A stretch of 64,000 bases of DNA. Origin: Felis catus. Its lineage: Eukaryota. Below the pieces are notes generated by a model. It made no database searches and was not told the DNA's origin. It was given only the letters and a program-made list of their open reading frames with translations. Location of the stretch: NCBI RefSeq assembly GCF_018350175.1, contig NC_058368.1:2914001-2978000 (forward strand), written 5' to 3'. The translations under genes and the position numbers were made by a program. Shown piece after piece: positions 51,215 to 63,800 of this stretch. The first letter of the stretch is position 1. Each line of letters starts with the position of its first letter.

Positions 51215-51370
51215 GAGAGAGAGAGAGAGACACAGGGTGAAAGCGGGAGAAGAACAGAGAGAGAGGAAGACACAGAATTCAAAGCCAGCTGACAGCACAG
51301 AGCTTGATGTGGGGATGGAACCCACGAACCGTGAGATCATGGTCGGACGCTGAGCCATCCAGGCGCCCCC
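51215..51370 (-). mobile_element. Can-SINE, internally deleted and tail-less
   Basis: gacacagaattc...tgacagcacagagc...gaaccgtgagatcatg...gagccatccaggcgcccc. Confidence 0.85.
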
Positions 51371-52539
51371 AAAGAAAGCATCTGAAAAACATTTTTTTTG
51401 AGTGAACATTTTTGAGACATATTATTTTCATGCAGTTTTAAATCTCCATTGTCAGAAACAGAAGGGTGTGTATTCCAGAGAAATCAGATTAGAATCAGAG
51501 CCACGCAGGTGAAGTACGTGACCTGCTGGGGTTATACCGAGCCATTTGGAGAAGGGTGTGGAGCCCCCCCGCTTGCTCTCCACCTCATTATGGGAAGCAG
51601 AGAGGAGGGGGAAATGAAGATCAGAAAGCAAAAGGGGACACAAAAGTCCACTCCTTTCAAACAGGAAGAAGAGTCACAGGGCCAAAAGAAAGGGTCAGTA
51701 GTAAAATAGTTGAATTACTTAACTGGTAGTTTGTGGATTCAATACCACCTGTGGATAGTCCAATAGGGAGTTGGGTCATTAGCGATGTGGTATAATGTGT
51801 TTGGCTGGCACATTGGTGCACTCCATGGTGTGGAATTATCTGGAGAGTTTCCTCAATTGCCCTCCCCCGTTTTCATGAAAAGAGCTCAATCGGAGTTCAT
51901 ATTGTCTTTTCATTATTGCCGGTATTGAAATGCATTTATTCAGCCAATAAAAATATCAGTTTGTCACCTTCCTTTTCTGTGCAGGTTTGGAACCAAAACA
52001 TGATAGATTAAGGCACACACACCACTGGAAAATGAACACCAGATTATTAGGAGTCCATATTTAATATGTGCCCGGGCCAGCACCAAGTTCAGAATACTTT
52101 TAGAGTGAGTTAAATGGCAGGAACTTCATGCGTAAATGGGGTAGAGTTAAAAAAAAAATTGACATCTTCCAAACAGCCTGGGGAGAAAGCCAGAGGAAAT
52201 GGGCTTTCAGGAACTTGTGTGATAGAACTCAAGTCTGGTGCATTGAGGGAAATTTGGGGTTCCAGGTGGTGAACTTTCTCGTGCAAGGGACCTTCGCCAT
52301 ATTCACATGGGAGAAATACAGAAGTTATGTGGGCAGGAGCTCTTCAGTGGTTCCTGGAAATATTGGGGGTCATGGCTCTCTGTTAGAGAAATTAATGGAG
52401 ACTACTACCCTTCAGAAAATACCCATGTGCAGAACACACACGTGCACACACGCACACACACACACACACAATTGTGTATATAATCCAGGGGATTCAGCCT
52501 TGGTGTGTCAGGTTTGTAAAAGCAGTTTCTCTACCTTCA

Positions 52540-53050
52540 TCAGCATCGTATCTGGTGCATAGTAGATGCTCAATGAATATTCATTAAAAGCATGAAGGAA
52601 TGAATTTATTAAATATATATACTCAATATGTATTCAATGCCTCTGTGTATCAGGAATGGGTCTTAGCAGGTCTTGGGGCTGGGGACGTATCAGTGAGCCC
52701 AACAGATTAAAAAAAAAATCCTCACCCTCGTGAAGTTTGGGGAAAGACTGACAGTAAACAAGGTAACCAAGTCAGGACTCCAGGATATAAGATGGTAGTA
52801 CGTACTTTGGAGGAATGTAAAGCAGGAAGGGAAGTAGAAGGCTTGCAGGGGATTGGAATTTTAAGTAGGTTGGACAGAGAAAATCTCATTCGAGGGCAGA
52901 CCTGAAGGAAGTAAAGACGTGGCCATCGGCTTCTCAACGAATGATGACCAGATAGGACTGGACTGGGTGGGTAAGTGGGATGGGAGAACTGAGGTTTGCT
53001 GGGATCACCTGGTGACAGGTTCTGAAACAGATGGGTGCTGTAGAAAACCC
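52540..53050. mobile_element. L2 fragments
   Basis: tctggtgcatagtagatgctcaatgaatatt (sense L2 end) followed by antisense L2-like sequence. Confidence 0.5.
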
Positions 53051-54022
53051 CGCCAAATGTCGCAGAGGAGAAGGTGCGCCTGTGTGGTGGCCGATGGGAA
53101 GAAGCAACCCTGAACCCCGAGGCATCTCAAGTCCTACAAATGAGTTTAACTTTGGGAGCGAGTAACATTGGACTTCTCTATTGCCTTAGAGATGTTTTTG
53201 ATTCCTTAGAACGGCTTCAGATGGGTGAGTGAGGAAAGTCTGTGAACAGGATTAAGCGTCAGGTTCAGAAACTGTATGTATTTTGTTGACTCACCCCAAA
53301 ATAAGTCTCATGTCGGCTGCCCCAACTGATGGTTATGCCGGAGATCTTTCTCTTTCTCTCCACCTCAATGAACGATGGAAGTGGAAAATGGACAACGATT
53401 GTGCAATATGTGCAATGTCGTGGTAAACAGAGACACGTGGGATGGAATGAAACCTTGGGAAATCAGTTTGGGTGAAATTTTTAGCGATAAGGGTAGAATC
53501 AGTTTCACCCTAAGTATCTGTTTCCTTTTACGTATGGAACAAAATCATTCATGTTTGAAATTCTGGAAAGCTCTGATGAGTGCTCTTGAACAACAATAGA
53601 ACTAGAAGACAGAAGGACTCCAATATCGGGATGTTTTGCTGTATGATTCGTAAACCTTAGACGTGCCGGAAACCTCGCGCAAAGGTGTATTCCCAAGAGC
53701 TTTATACCACGATCCACAACTTTCAACATCTTTTATTGAGACTTTGATGCTGTGAATTGAATTTAAGAAAGTTGATTTGATATGAGTTTGACACAGAAGG
53801 AATAAGGAAGAATGTATTAGTCCTAAGTACTTAAACACTTAAACACTGTGTCGTCAAACACATGAATATTTGGCTGTCTTTGCTAAGTGTAGATGTCTAA
53901 CGACCTGTTCAACTAAAGCATTTATTTAAGACACATTTATCAAGAACCATGATGTAGAAGTGTCCGTTTGAATATTGATGTATGAGGAAGTTGATCAGTG
54001 GACTTTAAAAATGTTTCTCTGT

Positions 54023-54232
54023 GGGGTGCTGGGTGGTTCAGTCAAACATCCGACTTTGGCTCAGGTCATAATTTCACAGCTCATGAGTTTAAGCCTGGCA
54101 TCGGGTTCTGTACCGACAGCTTAGAGCTTGGAGCCTGCCTTGGATTCTGTGACTCAGTCTCCCTCTGCCCCTCCCCTGCTCATGCTCATGCTCTCTCTCT
54201 CTCTCTCTCTTGAAAATTAATAAACATTAAAA
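54023..54232 (+). mobile_element. Can-SINE
   Basis: Diverged head, ggctcaggtcat, (CT)n and AATAAA tail. Confidence 0.9.
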
Positions 54233-54321
54233 TAATGTGCCTTTGAGATTCCTTTCCCCCATATTTATAACTTGGTCTCGTGAAAAAAGGATGCCGTCTT
54301 TATGCTTTTATTGATTAATTT

Positions 54322-54871
54322 AGACGTTCTTAAACTTTCCTGATTCACAGCACCCTCAGTGTCTCAGTAATTTTTTCAGGGCACTCTCCCAAACCAAAAG
54401 AAGTACCCAACAGTTTTGTTTGTTAAGTAGCTCAATCCAAATAATTTAATAAATATTTATAGCCTGAAAGTAGCCGTTTGCAAAAGCACTGCACATGCAT
54501 CAAAAGAAAGAATAATATTTTTCCCTCGTTCTTAAATAGCCCCAGTCAGTTGGTAATGGGACGTGTTTGCCTGTTGGGCACGGCACAATCTCTAAGACCT
54601 CGGAGTCATTGAGTTCTGCCACTCTAATGTCCTATCTATATTGATCTTCATATTTTACTTGCCTTTTTACCCCAACAGTAGAAATTCAGCTCCACAAAGC
54701 TGTCATATTATTGAAAGTTATATGGTATTAGTTAATGCTGAAATTATGAACTAACTTAAACATGTGGTTTGTGCGGCATCCAACCAGGGCTTTACTACTT
54801 CTGTGTTTGCTTTGGAAAATGAAAATTCCCCACAATGCCCCTGTTGTGGCATCTTGGGTTTGGAAACCACG
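54322..54871. mobile_element. hAT-Charlie non-autonomous element (MER119-like)
   Basis: aaactttcctgattcacagcaccctcagtgtctcagtaattttttca...taatgggacgtgtttgcctgttgggcac...tttggaaaccac matches the recalled MER119 consensus. Confidence 0.7.
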
Positions 54872-55020
54872 TGCATGAATTCATTGTACTTACAGTAATG
54901 GAATACTTTTAATGTACAATTCGATGTAACAACTTCTGAACCAACAATAATACAAAAACGACACTTTTCACCGAGGAGAACACTTCTAAAACAGTGCTAA
55001 GAAATCTAAGTCTCTTCTTG

Positions 55021-55216
55021 CATGGCCGTCTGATAGAACTTTCTATGAGAATAGAAGTGTTTACATATGTGCTGTCCAAAACTCTAGTCACTAGTCACAT
55101 ACACTGTAAAACACTTGAAATGTGGCTTTGGTGAGTGAAGAACTGAATTTTTCATTTTTAATTAATTTAAATTCAATAACCACACACAGCTAGTGGCTAG
55201 GACGTTGGACAATACA
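55021..55216. mobile_element. MER3 (hAT-Charlie MITE)
   Basis: atagaactttct...gctgtccaa...cacttgaaatgtggct...gaactgaattttt...gctagtggcta...ttggaca. Confidence 0.8.
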
Positions 55217-55339
55217 ATAAAATTTTCTCAGGCTGAAAATAGCTTCTTGGTTTGATGTAGGGTGAAACACTTCCTACCATAAGATGTTTTATTTACATGG
55301 AATTCAGGAAGCTATTACAGAATGAACCGATGCTGCATT

Positions 55340-55541
55340 TATTTTTTTAATTTTTAATTTTAATTTTAATATATTTAATTTAATTTTGATATGTTTATAA
55401 TTTATTGTCACATTGGTTTCCATACAACACCCAGTGCTCATCCCAACAGGTGCCCTCCTCAATCCCCATCACCCACTTTCCCCTCCCTCCCACCGCCCAA
55501 TCAACCCTCAGTTTATTCTCAGTTTCTAAGAGTCTCTTATG
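55340..55541 (-). mobile_element. Short L1 3'UTR fragment (felid type)
   Basis: tttattgtcacattggtttccatacaacacccagtgctcatcccaaca...aagagtctcttatgg is very similar to 40481-40620. Confidence 0.9.
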
Positions 55542-55834
55542 GGTTCAAACTGCCTCTTCTTGGCTGTTTCCATAAACTGGGTTTAAACCTGAAAAAAATC
55601 TACCAAGTTTATCCCCAAATTTAGACATCTACCCTGACAAGCTCACAGAAGTACTGGTAATTATTTGTTTTTAGGAGTATTCTTGTTTCCATTTTTTGAT
55701 TCCCAATTTTTCACTTTGCATTGTAATTGTAGAATTCTTTTGGAGTTTACCACTTTTAAAATTTTCTCCTTTGGTAGGATCTCTTCACTATTATGTTTTC
55801 TTTGTATGTGGTTTGCTTCTTTTCTTTTCTACAT

Positions 55835-56360
55835 TTTTTTTCTTTCCACGTTTTTATTTAGATTCCAGAAAATTAACATACAGTATAATATTAGTTTAGG
55901 TGTACAAGATAATGATTCAACACTTCCGTACATCACTCGGTGCTTGTCACAACGAGTTCACCTCTTACTCTCCACCACCTGTTACCCCCATCCCCCTACC
56001 CACCTCCCCTCTGATAACCATCCATTTGTTCTCTATAGTTAAGGGTCTGTTTCTTTGTTTGCCTCTTTTTTTTCTCTCTCTCTATGCCCATTTGTTTTCT
56101 CTCTTAACTTCCACCTATGAGTGAAATCATACGGTGTTTGTCTTTCTTGGACTTATTTTGCTTAGCACAATACTCTCTATCTCCATCCATGTCATTGCAA
56201 ATGGCAGGATTTCATTCTTTTTTATGGCTGAATAACATTCCATTGTATATATATCCCATATCTTCTTTATCTATTCATCAGTCGATGAACAGACGTACAG
56301 ATGGCCAACAGACACCTGAAAAGATGCTCAACATCCGCCGTCATCAGGAAAACACAGATC
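55835..56360 (-). mobile_element. Carnivore L1 3' end with an inverted 5' segment
   Basis: Antisense L1 3' end to ~56290, then a sense-strand L1 ORF2 piece (acagatggccaacagacacctgaaaagatgctcaacatc). Confidence 0.8.
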
Positions 56361-56447
56361 TTTTTAAAATTTTGACCTCATCTCTTCCCTGAACCTTCCT
56401 ACCCAGCCTTGGGCTGTCATGGTCCCCACTCCTTAATAGTCACGATT

Positions 56448-57090
56448 GTCTATTGCTAAGTAAACATCCCCACAAAACTTAACTGCTCAGAACAATACAC
56501 CTTACTATTTCTCTGTTTCTTTAGGTTCCCTGGGGCCCAGCTATGTGGCTCTGCTGTTGGTCTTCGCCCACCTCTGGGAGTTGAGTTGCCTTCTTTTTCC
56601 CCGAGACTTCTCTCCAGTTGTCTCTCAACCAGTGCTTCAGTAGTCCAGCCCACTTTCCTACCTCGTGGCTATATATACATTTTTTAATGTTTATTTCTTC
56701 CTTTCGAGAGAGAGTGAGTGTGTGCACACGTGAGCAGGGGAGGGGCAGAGAGAGACAGAGAGAGAAGTCCAAGCAGGCTCCCCATTGTCAGTGCAGAGCC
56801 CGACAAGAGGCTCAATCTCATGACCCTGGGATCATGGCCTGAGCTAAAATCAAGGGTTGGCTGCTCAACGGACTAAACCACCCAGGTGCCCCTGGTGGCT
56901 AAATTCTGAGTGCAAAAGCAGGACCTGCCAGATCTTCTTCAAGCTTAGTCCAGAACAGGGACAATGTCACCTCCACCCATCCCTTTGGTCGTGAGAAGAC
57001 ACAAGGCCAGTCCAGATTCAAGGGGCGGGGATGGAGATTCCACCTGCTGATGGGAAGTGGCAGAGAATTGCAACCATATGTCCGGTACAA
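56448..57090 (-). mobile_element. MaLR (MLT1-type) LTR interrupted by a SINE
   Basis: tattgct..aaac..cacaaaacttaa ... cacaaggccagtccagattcaagggg..gattccacct..tgatgggaag is antisense MLT1. Confidence 0.75.
56680..56892 (-). mobile_element. Can-SINE
   Basis: Antisense body ending ccacccaggtgcccc; flanks gtggcta on both sides. Confidence 0.92.
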
Positions 57091-57404
57091 CAGCTAGGTC
57101 AGTTTTATTCCACGTTTCCTTTCTTATCTGCTCACTCATTTTGGGAGGTTTGGTGAGGTCCATCTGTCAGACAGAGGGATGGACTGAATATTCATTTAGA
57201 GGTGAAGGAGGCTTTATAATCCTATGAACTACCAAGAAAGAAAAGGAAAAGGCAGAACACGCCCATATAAGAATGATTATTCCGATAAATAATCAGAACT
57301 TAAATTTTCTGGTTTGTATGTAAGTATATCCCGGTGTTTCACTTCTCCTCTGCAAAGCCCCATTGATACCCAGGAGGTGTTTCCTTATATAAGACATAGC
57401 CTAA

Positions 57405-57790
57405 CATATAAATCAGGAGTGATTTTCTACTTCAATAACAGAAAACCGAATTGGAGCGACTTCAATAAATAGAAGCTTTTCTCACCAAACAAGCAGCCCA
57501 GAGGTAAGTGGCTGCTGGCATTTGTTCAACAGCTAAGTGACATCAAGGCCAATGATGATTTAATTTTTCTGGTCTTTTCTCTCATGGCTGCCAAGGGGCT
57601 GCTGCATATTCAGCCACTGTGTCTACATCACAACAGAAAGAAGGAGCTAGAGCCAGGGAGAAAGCAAGGGACTCCATCAGCAAAGCAAAAGCTTCTCAGG
57701 ACACAGGAAGGTTACTGCTTATGTCTCGTCGGCCAGAACTTTAACACAAGACCCATCCCAGCTAGAACGTGGCTTCTGAGGAAGGGAGCT
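57405..57790 (-). mobile_element. Old MaLR (MLT1J/K-like) LTR
   Basis: aataacagaaaacc...atggctgcc...cttatgtctcgtcggccagaact resembles antisense old MLT1. Confidence 0.5.
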
Positions 57791-58716
57791 ATGGATGGAG
57801 GTTGGGCGTGACGGGTGCCTCCCCCAGATGACCCCAGTGATCTCACCTTCTGGTGAGATCCAACCAAGTGGATCTCCTCCTTGCCCTCAAAGATGGTTAT
57901 CTCTTCAAAGAATATTTGACCGACACAGCATTGGATAGATTTTTATGGTGATTCTGTCGCTGGCGCCTAGTGGAAGTGCCAGTTGAAATGTCTCATGGGC
58001 ATGTTCTCTGCTTCTAAGGTCAACTTTCTATGTCCAGGTTCTGATTCCTGTACGTGCAAAGCCCCTGAGTCTTCAGGATAACTTCCCACAGGCAGAAATT
58101 GCTCTGGCCATCTTCTGGTCGTGGGATTTTTGTGATCATAAATGATAGCTTTCTTTTTTTTTTTTTTTAGCACAATTTAATCTTCTCACATCCAAGTGGC
58201 TGCTTTAAAAAAAATTAGTTCATTATTTTCAACTGAGTATAACTGGCACAGAATGTTAACATCAGTTTCAGGTGTGCAGCAAGATTCAACAACTTTATAT
58301 ATCATGTACGCTCTTTGGTCTCAAAACTTGTGTGTCCTAATGTCTTTCAAAGTTCTCTGTGATGTAGGCCAATCCCAAATATCCAAAAACAGATGTTTTT
58401 CTCCAATCTACAGAGGGCAGGCTGATTTTCTTCTTCTGCCTAAATATGTTCTCTCATTCTTGCTTTGGGGCCTTTGAGATTTTTATACCATCATGTGAAT
58501 ATTCCCTGCATACCAACCTCCCTCGCCCCCCCCCCAAAAAAATCGCATCTAAATCTTCTGAACTCACCTCCAAGGCTTTACTGACCACATCAGTCCATGC
58601 TAGTCCATCCTTTTGCACCCATTTGACCCTAAGCCATCTTGCCTGCACATAGCAGGGACAGAGTAGATGTTTCTGGAATTAAGTTTAAAAATTTTTATGG
58701 AGTTCTGGAACATTCT

Positions 58717-59574
58717 CTCTCTCTTTTAAAGTGTATTTTCAAGTTAGTTCGCATGCAGTGTAGGCTAGGCTTCAGGAGTAGAATCCACTGATTCATCACT
58801 TACACATAACACCCAGTGCTCAACTCAAGGGTGCTTCTCAATGTCCATCACCCATTTTCCCCACCCCCAATCAGCCCTCAGTGTGTTCTCTGTATTTAAG
58901 AGTCTCTTATGGTTTGCATCCCTCTCTGTTTTTATCTTATTTTTCTTCCCTTCCCTTATGATCATCTAAGTTTCTCAAATTCCACATATGAGTTAAATCA
59001 TGTGATATCTGTCTTTCCCTGACCGACTTATTTCACTTAGCATAATACCCTCCAGTTCCATCCGTGTTGTTGCAAATAGCAAGATTTCATTCTTTTTGAT
59101 TGCCGAGCAATACTCCACTGTATATATAGACCACATCTTCTTTATCCATTCATCCATCGGTGGACATGTGGGCTCTTTCCATACTTTGGCTATTGTTGAA
59201 AGAGCTACTATAAACATGGGGGTGCATGTGCCCCTTCGAATCAGCACTCCTGTAGCCTTTGGGTAAATTCCTAGCAGTGCTATTGCTGGGTCTTAGGGTA
59301 GTTCTATTTCTAACTTTTTTGAGGAACCTCCACACTGTTTTCCAGAGCAGCTGCACCAGTTTGCATTCCCACCAACAGTGCGAGAGGGTTCCCATTTCTC
59401 CACATCCTAGCCAGCATCTGTTGTTTCCTGAGTTGTTCATTTTAGCCACTCTGGTGTGGGTGGTATCTCGTTGTGGTTTTGATTTGCATTTCCCTGATGG
59501 TGAGTGACGTTGTGCATCTTTTCATGTATCTGTTTGCCATCTGGATGTCTTCTTTGCAGAAGTGTCTATTCACG
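58717..59574 (-). mobile_element. 5'-truncated carnivore L1 (ORF2 C-terminus and 3'UTR)
   Basis: ORF2 peptides [21 protein letters not shown] and [16 protein letters not shown]-like flanks tctggaacattct (58704-58716) / tccggaacactct (59575-59587). Confidence 0.93.
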
Positions 59575-59639
59575 TCCGGAACACTCTTTTTTTTAAATAA
59601 TAGTAATTTTTCTATTCCTAATAGAGAGTGGGGGTGAGA

Positions 59640-59870
59640 GTTACTAGCACCTACAATATACCGGGTATTTCCTATATGTACCCTACAAGTGATAACAATC
59701 TGTAAAACAAACTGTAACAATGAAAAAGACAATTACTCTCTTTACTGTACAAATGAAATTGGCGAGGTATATAAAGGTTACATAATGTCCTTAAAATCAC
59801 AGCGAGCGAGTAAAGATCAGAACTCGGGTGGTCTGAATCCCAAATCCTTGCTCCTCCCTCAAAACCACAC
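59640..59870 (-). mobile_element. MIR
   Basis: tagcacctacaatataccggg...tgtacaaatgaaatt...aaaatcacagcgagcgagt...gaactcgggtggtctga. Confidence 0.55.
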
Positions 59871-60853
59871 TTCCTCTTTTTAGATACGGAGATGTGCTAA
59901 TACCTTCCTCAAAATAAACCAAAATTGAGAATTAAGTACCTATGTCCTTTCCTTTTAATCCTTGAACAAATCCTTTGCACTTAGGATCAAAAGTAATTGC
60001 AATGATTCTCTTGTTGGACTTCTGCCTTTGTTAGTTTAAGAACCTTTTATTATTGGCTTCAGAGTCCCTTGTAAGGTGCTCCTTGAATTAATCTTTGGTA
60101 TACCTAATTTCTAGTTTGAATTTGTCATTTTAGCCTAGTGTGGGTTTTACTGTTTACACTTGGGTATTTTTTCCCCTTAAAAAATCATCAACCCTTTTGT
60201 TAACTGAAATCTTAAACTATTTCATCCTTAGCCCATTGGTGAATTTCCTGTCAGCATCTCTTTGGCATGCTTTGGAAAATCTAATGATATTAAATATTCT
60301 TTAAATATATATTTTTAATACCCAGAAAAGGCTATGCAAAAATTATGACAGAATCTGGCTTGAGTAGTGTCCATCTGAAATTGGTTGCCAATGTTTGCTT
60401 GGCTTTTCTAGTTCTTACTGCAGAGCAGGTCACTGAACTGTAGACAAGATGACCCGTTTTGTTGAGATGTGTGTCTTTGTGCCTGTACATATGACAGTCC
60501 TATTATATGCTACATCTCATTAAGTGGAAAAGGAGAAAGTTAAGGGAATGCCGTATTTTCAAGTAGGCCATGGGAGTTGGTGGTGGTGAAAGGGAGTAGG
60601 GAAAATTTCATCTCTCTATGATTAGAGTAAGTGAATGTAAGAAATTTGACTGCTGAATAACCCAAACACCCATGAGCATTGGTGTCCTGAAATTTTCACT
60701 CTAGAATGCTTAGCATCAGAGGGTTGGAAGAATCAAACTGCTGGGGAAGATTCTGACAAAGTTATAAGCTATTCAAGTGGATACTGCAAAGCCCAAAGCA
60801 CTTCGAGGGGGCTCAGTGTGTGGTGATATTACATTAAGAAAGTATTACAGGCA

Positions 60854-63800
60854 CAGGAGTTAAGATGGTGGAGAAGTAGAGGGATCCTGGGCTTTCCTTG
60901 TCCCTCAAACAAGCTGTATTGAGGTCAGATCACTTGGAACACCCAGGAAATTGATCTGTGGACTAGCAGAAGGGTCTCCACACTTGGAGGGAGACAGTTT
61001 GATAGATACAGGGTGTGTGGAAGTGAATTGGGGGAGAGAAAAATGGCGGTGCCATCAAGGGCTGGGGATCCTTTCCCTGGAGAGACGAAAGGGAGAGAAG
61101 AGGAGAGGGGTTGAGAAAGTGTGCTATTAAGTTAGCACAAGAGGAAACCTCTCTAAACTATGGACTGGGGAGCAAGAAGTATTGAGTGTCTCAGTTCTTT
61201 TTAGCAAACAGCATTTGGAGCTCACACTCTGACGTTTTGAAAGTGCATGACTTTTTCTGGAGCAGAGCTGTGGCACATGCTCCTGGGGAGGAGGGAGCTG
61301 GTACCACAGTGCAGAGCACAGTTTAGGGATCTCTGGGTGAACTGGAAGAAGACATTCCACTTCCTGGAGTATTTTTGGAAGAGGGTTTATTGCTTCTCCA
61401 AGAACAAAAGACCTTGCAAGTGCCAGCCAAAGGTTTTTCATCAGCAGGGTGGAGAGGCTCTACTCTGGAGAAGGGGAGCAGATCCACACAGTGCTGAGTT
61501 CTTTGAGACTTTGGGTTTTGAATCCCAGCCTCGCACCAAAGAAAAAACGCAGGAGATTTGTGCAGGGCGAGCTGACTGCCCTTGCTATTCTGTGAGGGCT
61601 TCCTGAACAGTGGGGGGTGTGAGATCTCTGGTCCAGGGATAAGAGATTGAGTGGCACCATTTTTCCCCCAACACCAACACAATGGGACTATAGAGAACAA
61701 CTCAGTTGCCCCCAGTATAGGCAGGACCTGCTTACACCAGCCCCCCACCCCCACCCCATGTCTGGCCACTGCTTATTTACTGGGGCAAGACTGACTTCAG
61801 CCAATGCAAGCAACCTCTCCTCCAGAACATCAGCACAGCCAGCAACCCCCATGCACCAAGTGCACTGAAAATCATGCCTCAAAATGACATGGACAGTTCT
61901 TATTTTTTTTTCTTGCTTTTTTTTCCCTTCTGCAATCAGGCTCATAGTTTCTTGTTTGTTTTTTTCATTTCCTTTTCTCTCTTTTTTTTTTAACAGGCTC
62001 TTTTATTCTTTTTCCTTCTTTTCTTTTCTTTTGATTTCTTTTTTCTTTTCTTTTTCTTTGGAATCAACCTTATGGTTTTCTTATTCTCTGTGTGTTTTTT
62101 TGTGTTTTTGTTCCCTTTCCTTTTCTCTTTTTGTGGGGCATCAGGCTCCCTACCACCTCCTTTTTTTTCCATGGTTACGTCAACAAAGAAATCAAAACAC
62201 ACATAGTTAAAGGCCCAAATACTTCCCCACTGCAAACAAGGAGGAACACTGTAGAGAACTGACCGTGGGAAAGTACAGCCTGAACACAACAAAGTACACA
62301 CGACATAAACCAGAAACACTTCCTGGAGTGCCACGCCCTAGACAGTGTACGATCCCTTTTTAACATAGCAGTGCTCTCAGGTGTAGGAAACATAACAAGC
62401 TTTTAAAACATGCAAAAGACAGAACATGCAAAATGGCGAGATGGAGGAATTCTCCCCAAAAGAAAGGTCAAGGAGAAATCACAGCCAGGGACCTGCTCAA
62501 AACAGATACAAGCAATATATCTGAACAAGAATTTGGGACAACAGTCATAAGACTACATCTGGGCTTGCAAAAAGTATAGAAGACACCAACAGAGCCCTTG
62601 CTGCAGAGATCAAAGACCTAAGAACTAGTCGGATGAAATCAAAAATGCTATAACTGAGTTGCAAAGCAAACTGGATACAGTGACAATGAGGATTGAAGAA
62701 GCAGAGGAGAGAATAGGTGAGATAGAAGATAAAATTATGAAAATTAATGAAGCTGAAAAAAGAGGGAAAGGAGATTACTGTAGCACAAGGGGAAAATTAT
62801 AGAAGTAAGCGATTCCATGAAATGAAACAATATCCATATCATAGGAGCTCCAGAAGAAGACAGTTACCAACTCTACTGGTAAGACAATGGCACTAAATTC
62901 ATAACTTTCAATAATCACTCTGAAGGTCAATGGACTAAGTGCCCCAATCAAAAGACATAGGGTATCAGAATGGACAAAAACAAGATCCATCTATTTGCTG
63001 CCTACAAGAGACTCATTTTAGACCTGAGGACACCTTCAGGTTGAAACTGAGGGGATGGAGAACTGTCTATCTTGCTACTGGATGGCAAAAGAAAGCCAGA
63101 GTAGCCATACTTACATCAGATAAACTAGACTTTCAAACAAAGACTGTAATAAGAGATGAAGAAGGGAATTATATCATAATTAAGGGGAATGTCCATCAAG
63201 GAGATCTAACGATTGTAAATATTTATGCCCCCAACTTGTAAGAACCAAGATATATAAATCAATTAATCACAAACATAAAGAAACTCAGTGATAATACCAT
63301 AATAGTAGGAGACCTTAATACCCCACTTACAACAATGGACAGATCATCTAAGCAGAAAATCAACAAGGAAACAATGGCTTTGAATGACACACAGATGGAC
63401 TTAACAGATACATTAAAAGATATTATATCTTAACAGATATATTAAGAACATTTCATCCTAAAGCACCAGAATACACATTCTTCTTGAGTGCACTTGGAAC
63501 ATTCTCCAGAAGAGATCACATATAGGGTCACAAAACAACTCTCAACAGATACAGAAAGACTGAGATCATAACATGCGTATTTTCAGATCACGATGCTATG
63601 AAACTTGAAAGCAACCCCAGAAAAAATTTGGAAAGCCTTCAAATACATTGAGGTTAAAGAACATCTTGCTAAAGAATGAATGAGTTAACCAGGAAATTAA
63701 AGAATAAATAAAAAATACATGGAATCAAATGAGAATGTAAATGAAAACATGACAGTCCAAACCCTTCGGAATGCAGCAAAGGCAGTCCTAAGAGGAAAGT

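Noticed and set aside
50720..51409. Longest ORF in the track (229 aa, minus)
   Set aside because: It begins in a SINE and runs through old repeat-like sequence; no protein similarity recognised.
1220..56892. tRNA-like A/B boxes and dispersed repeats as tRNA genes or a CRISPR-like array
   Set aside because: All are Can-SINE heads; there are no cloverleaf genes and no regularly spaced repeat-spacer array.
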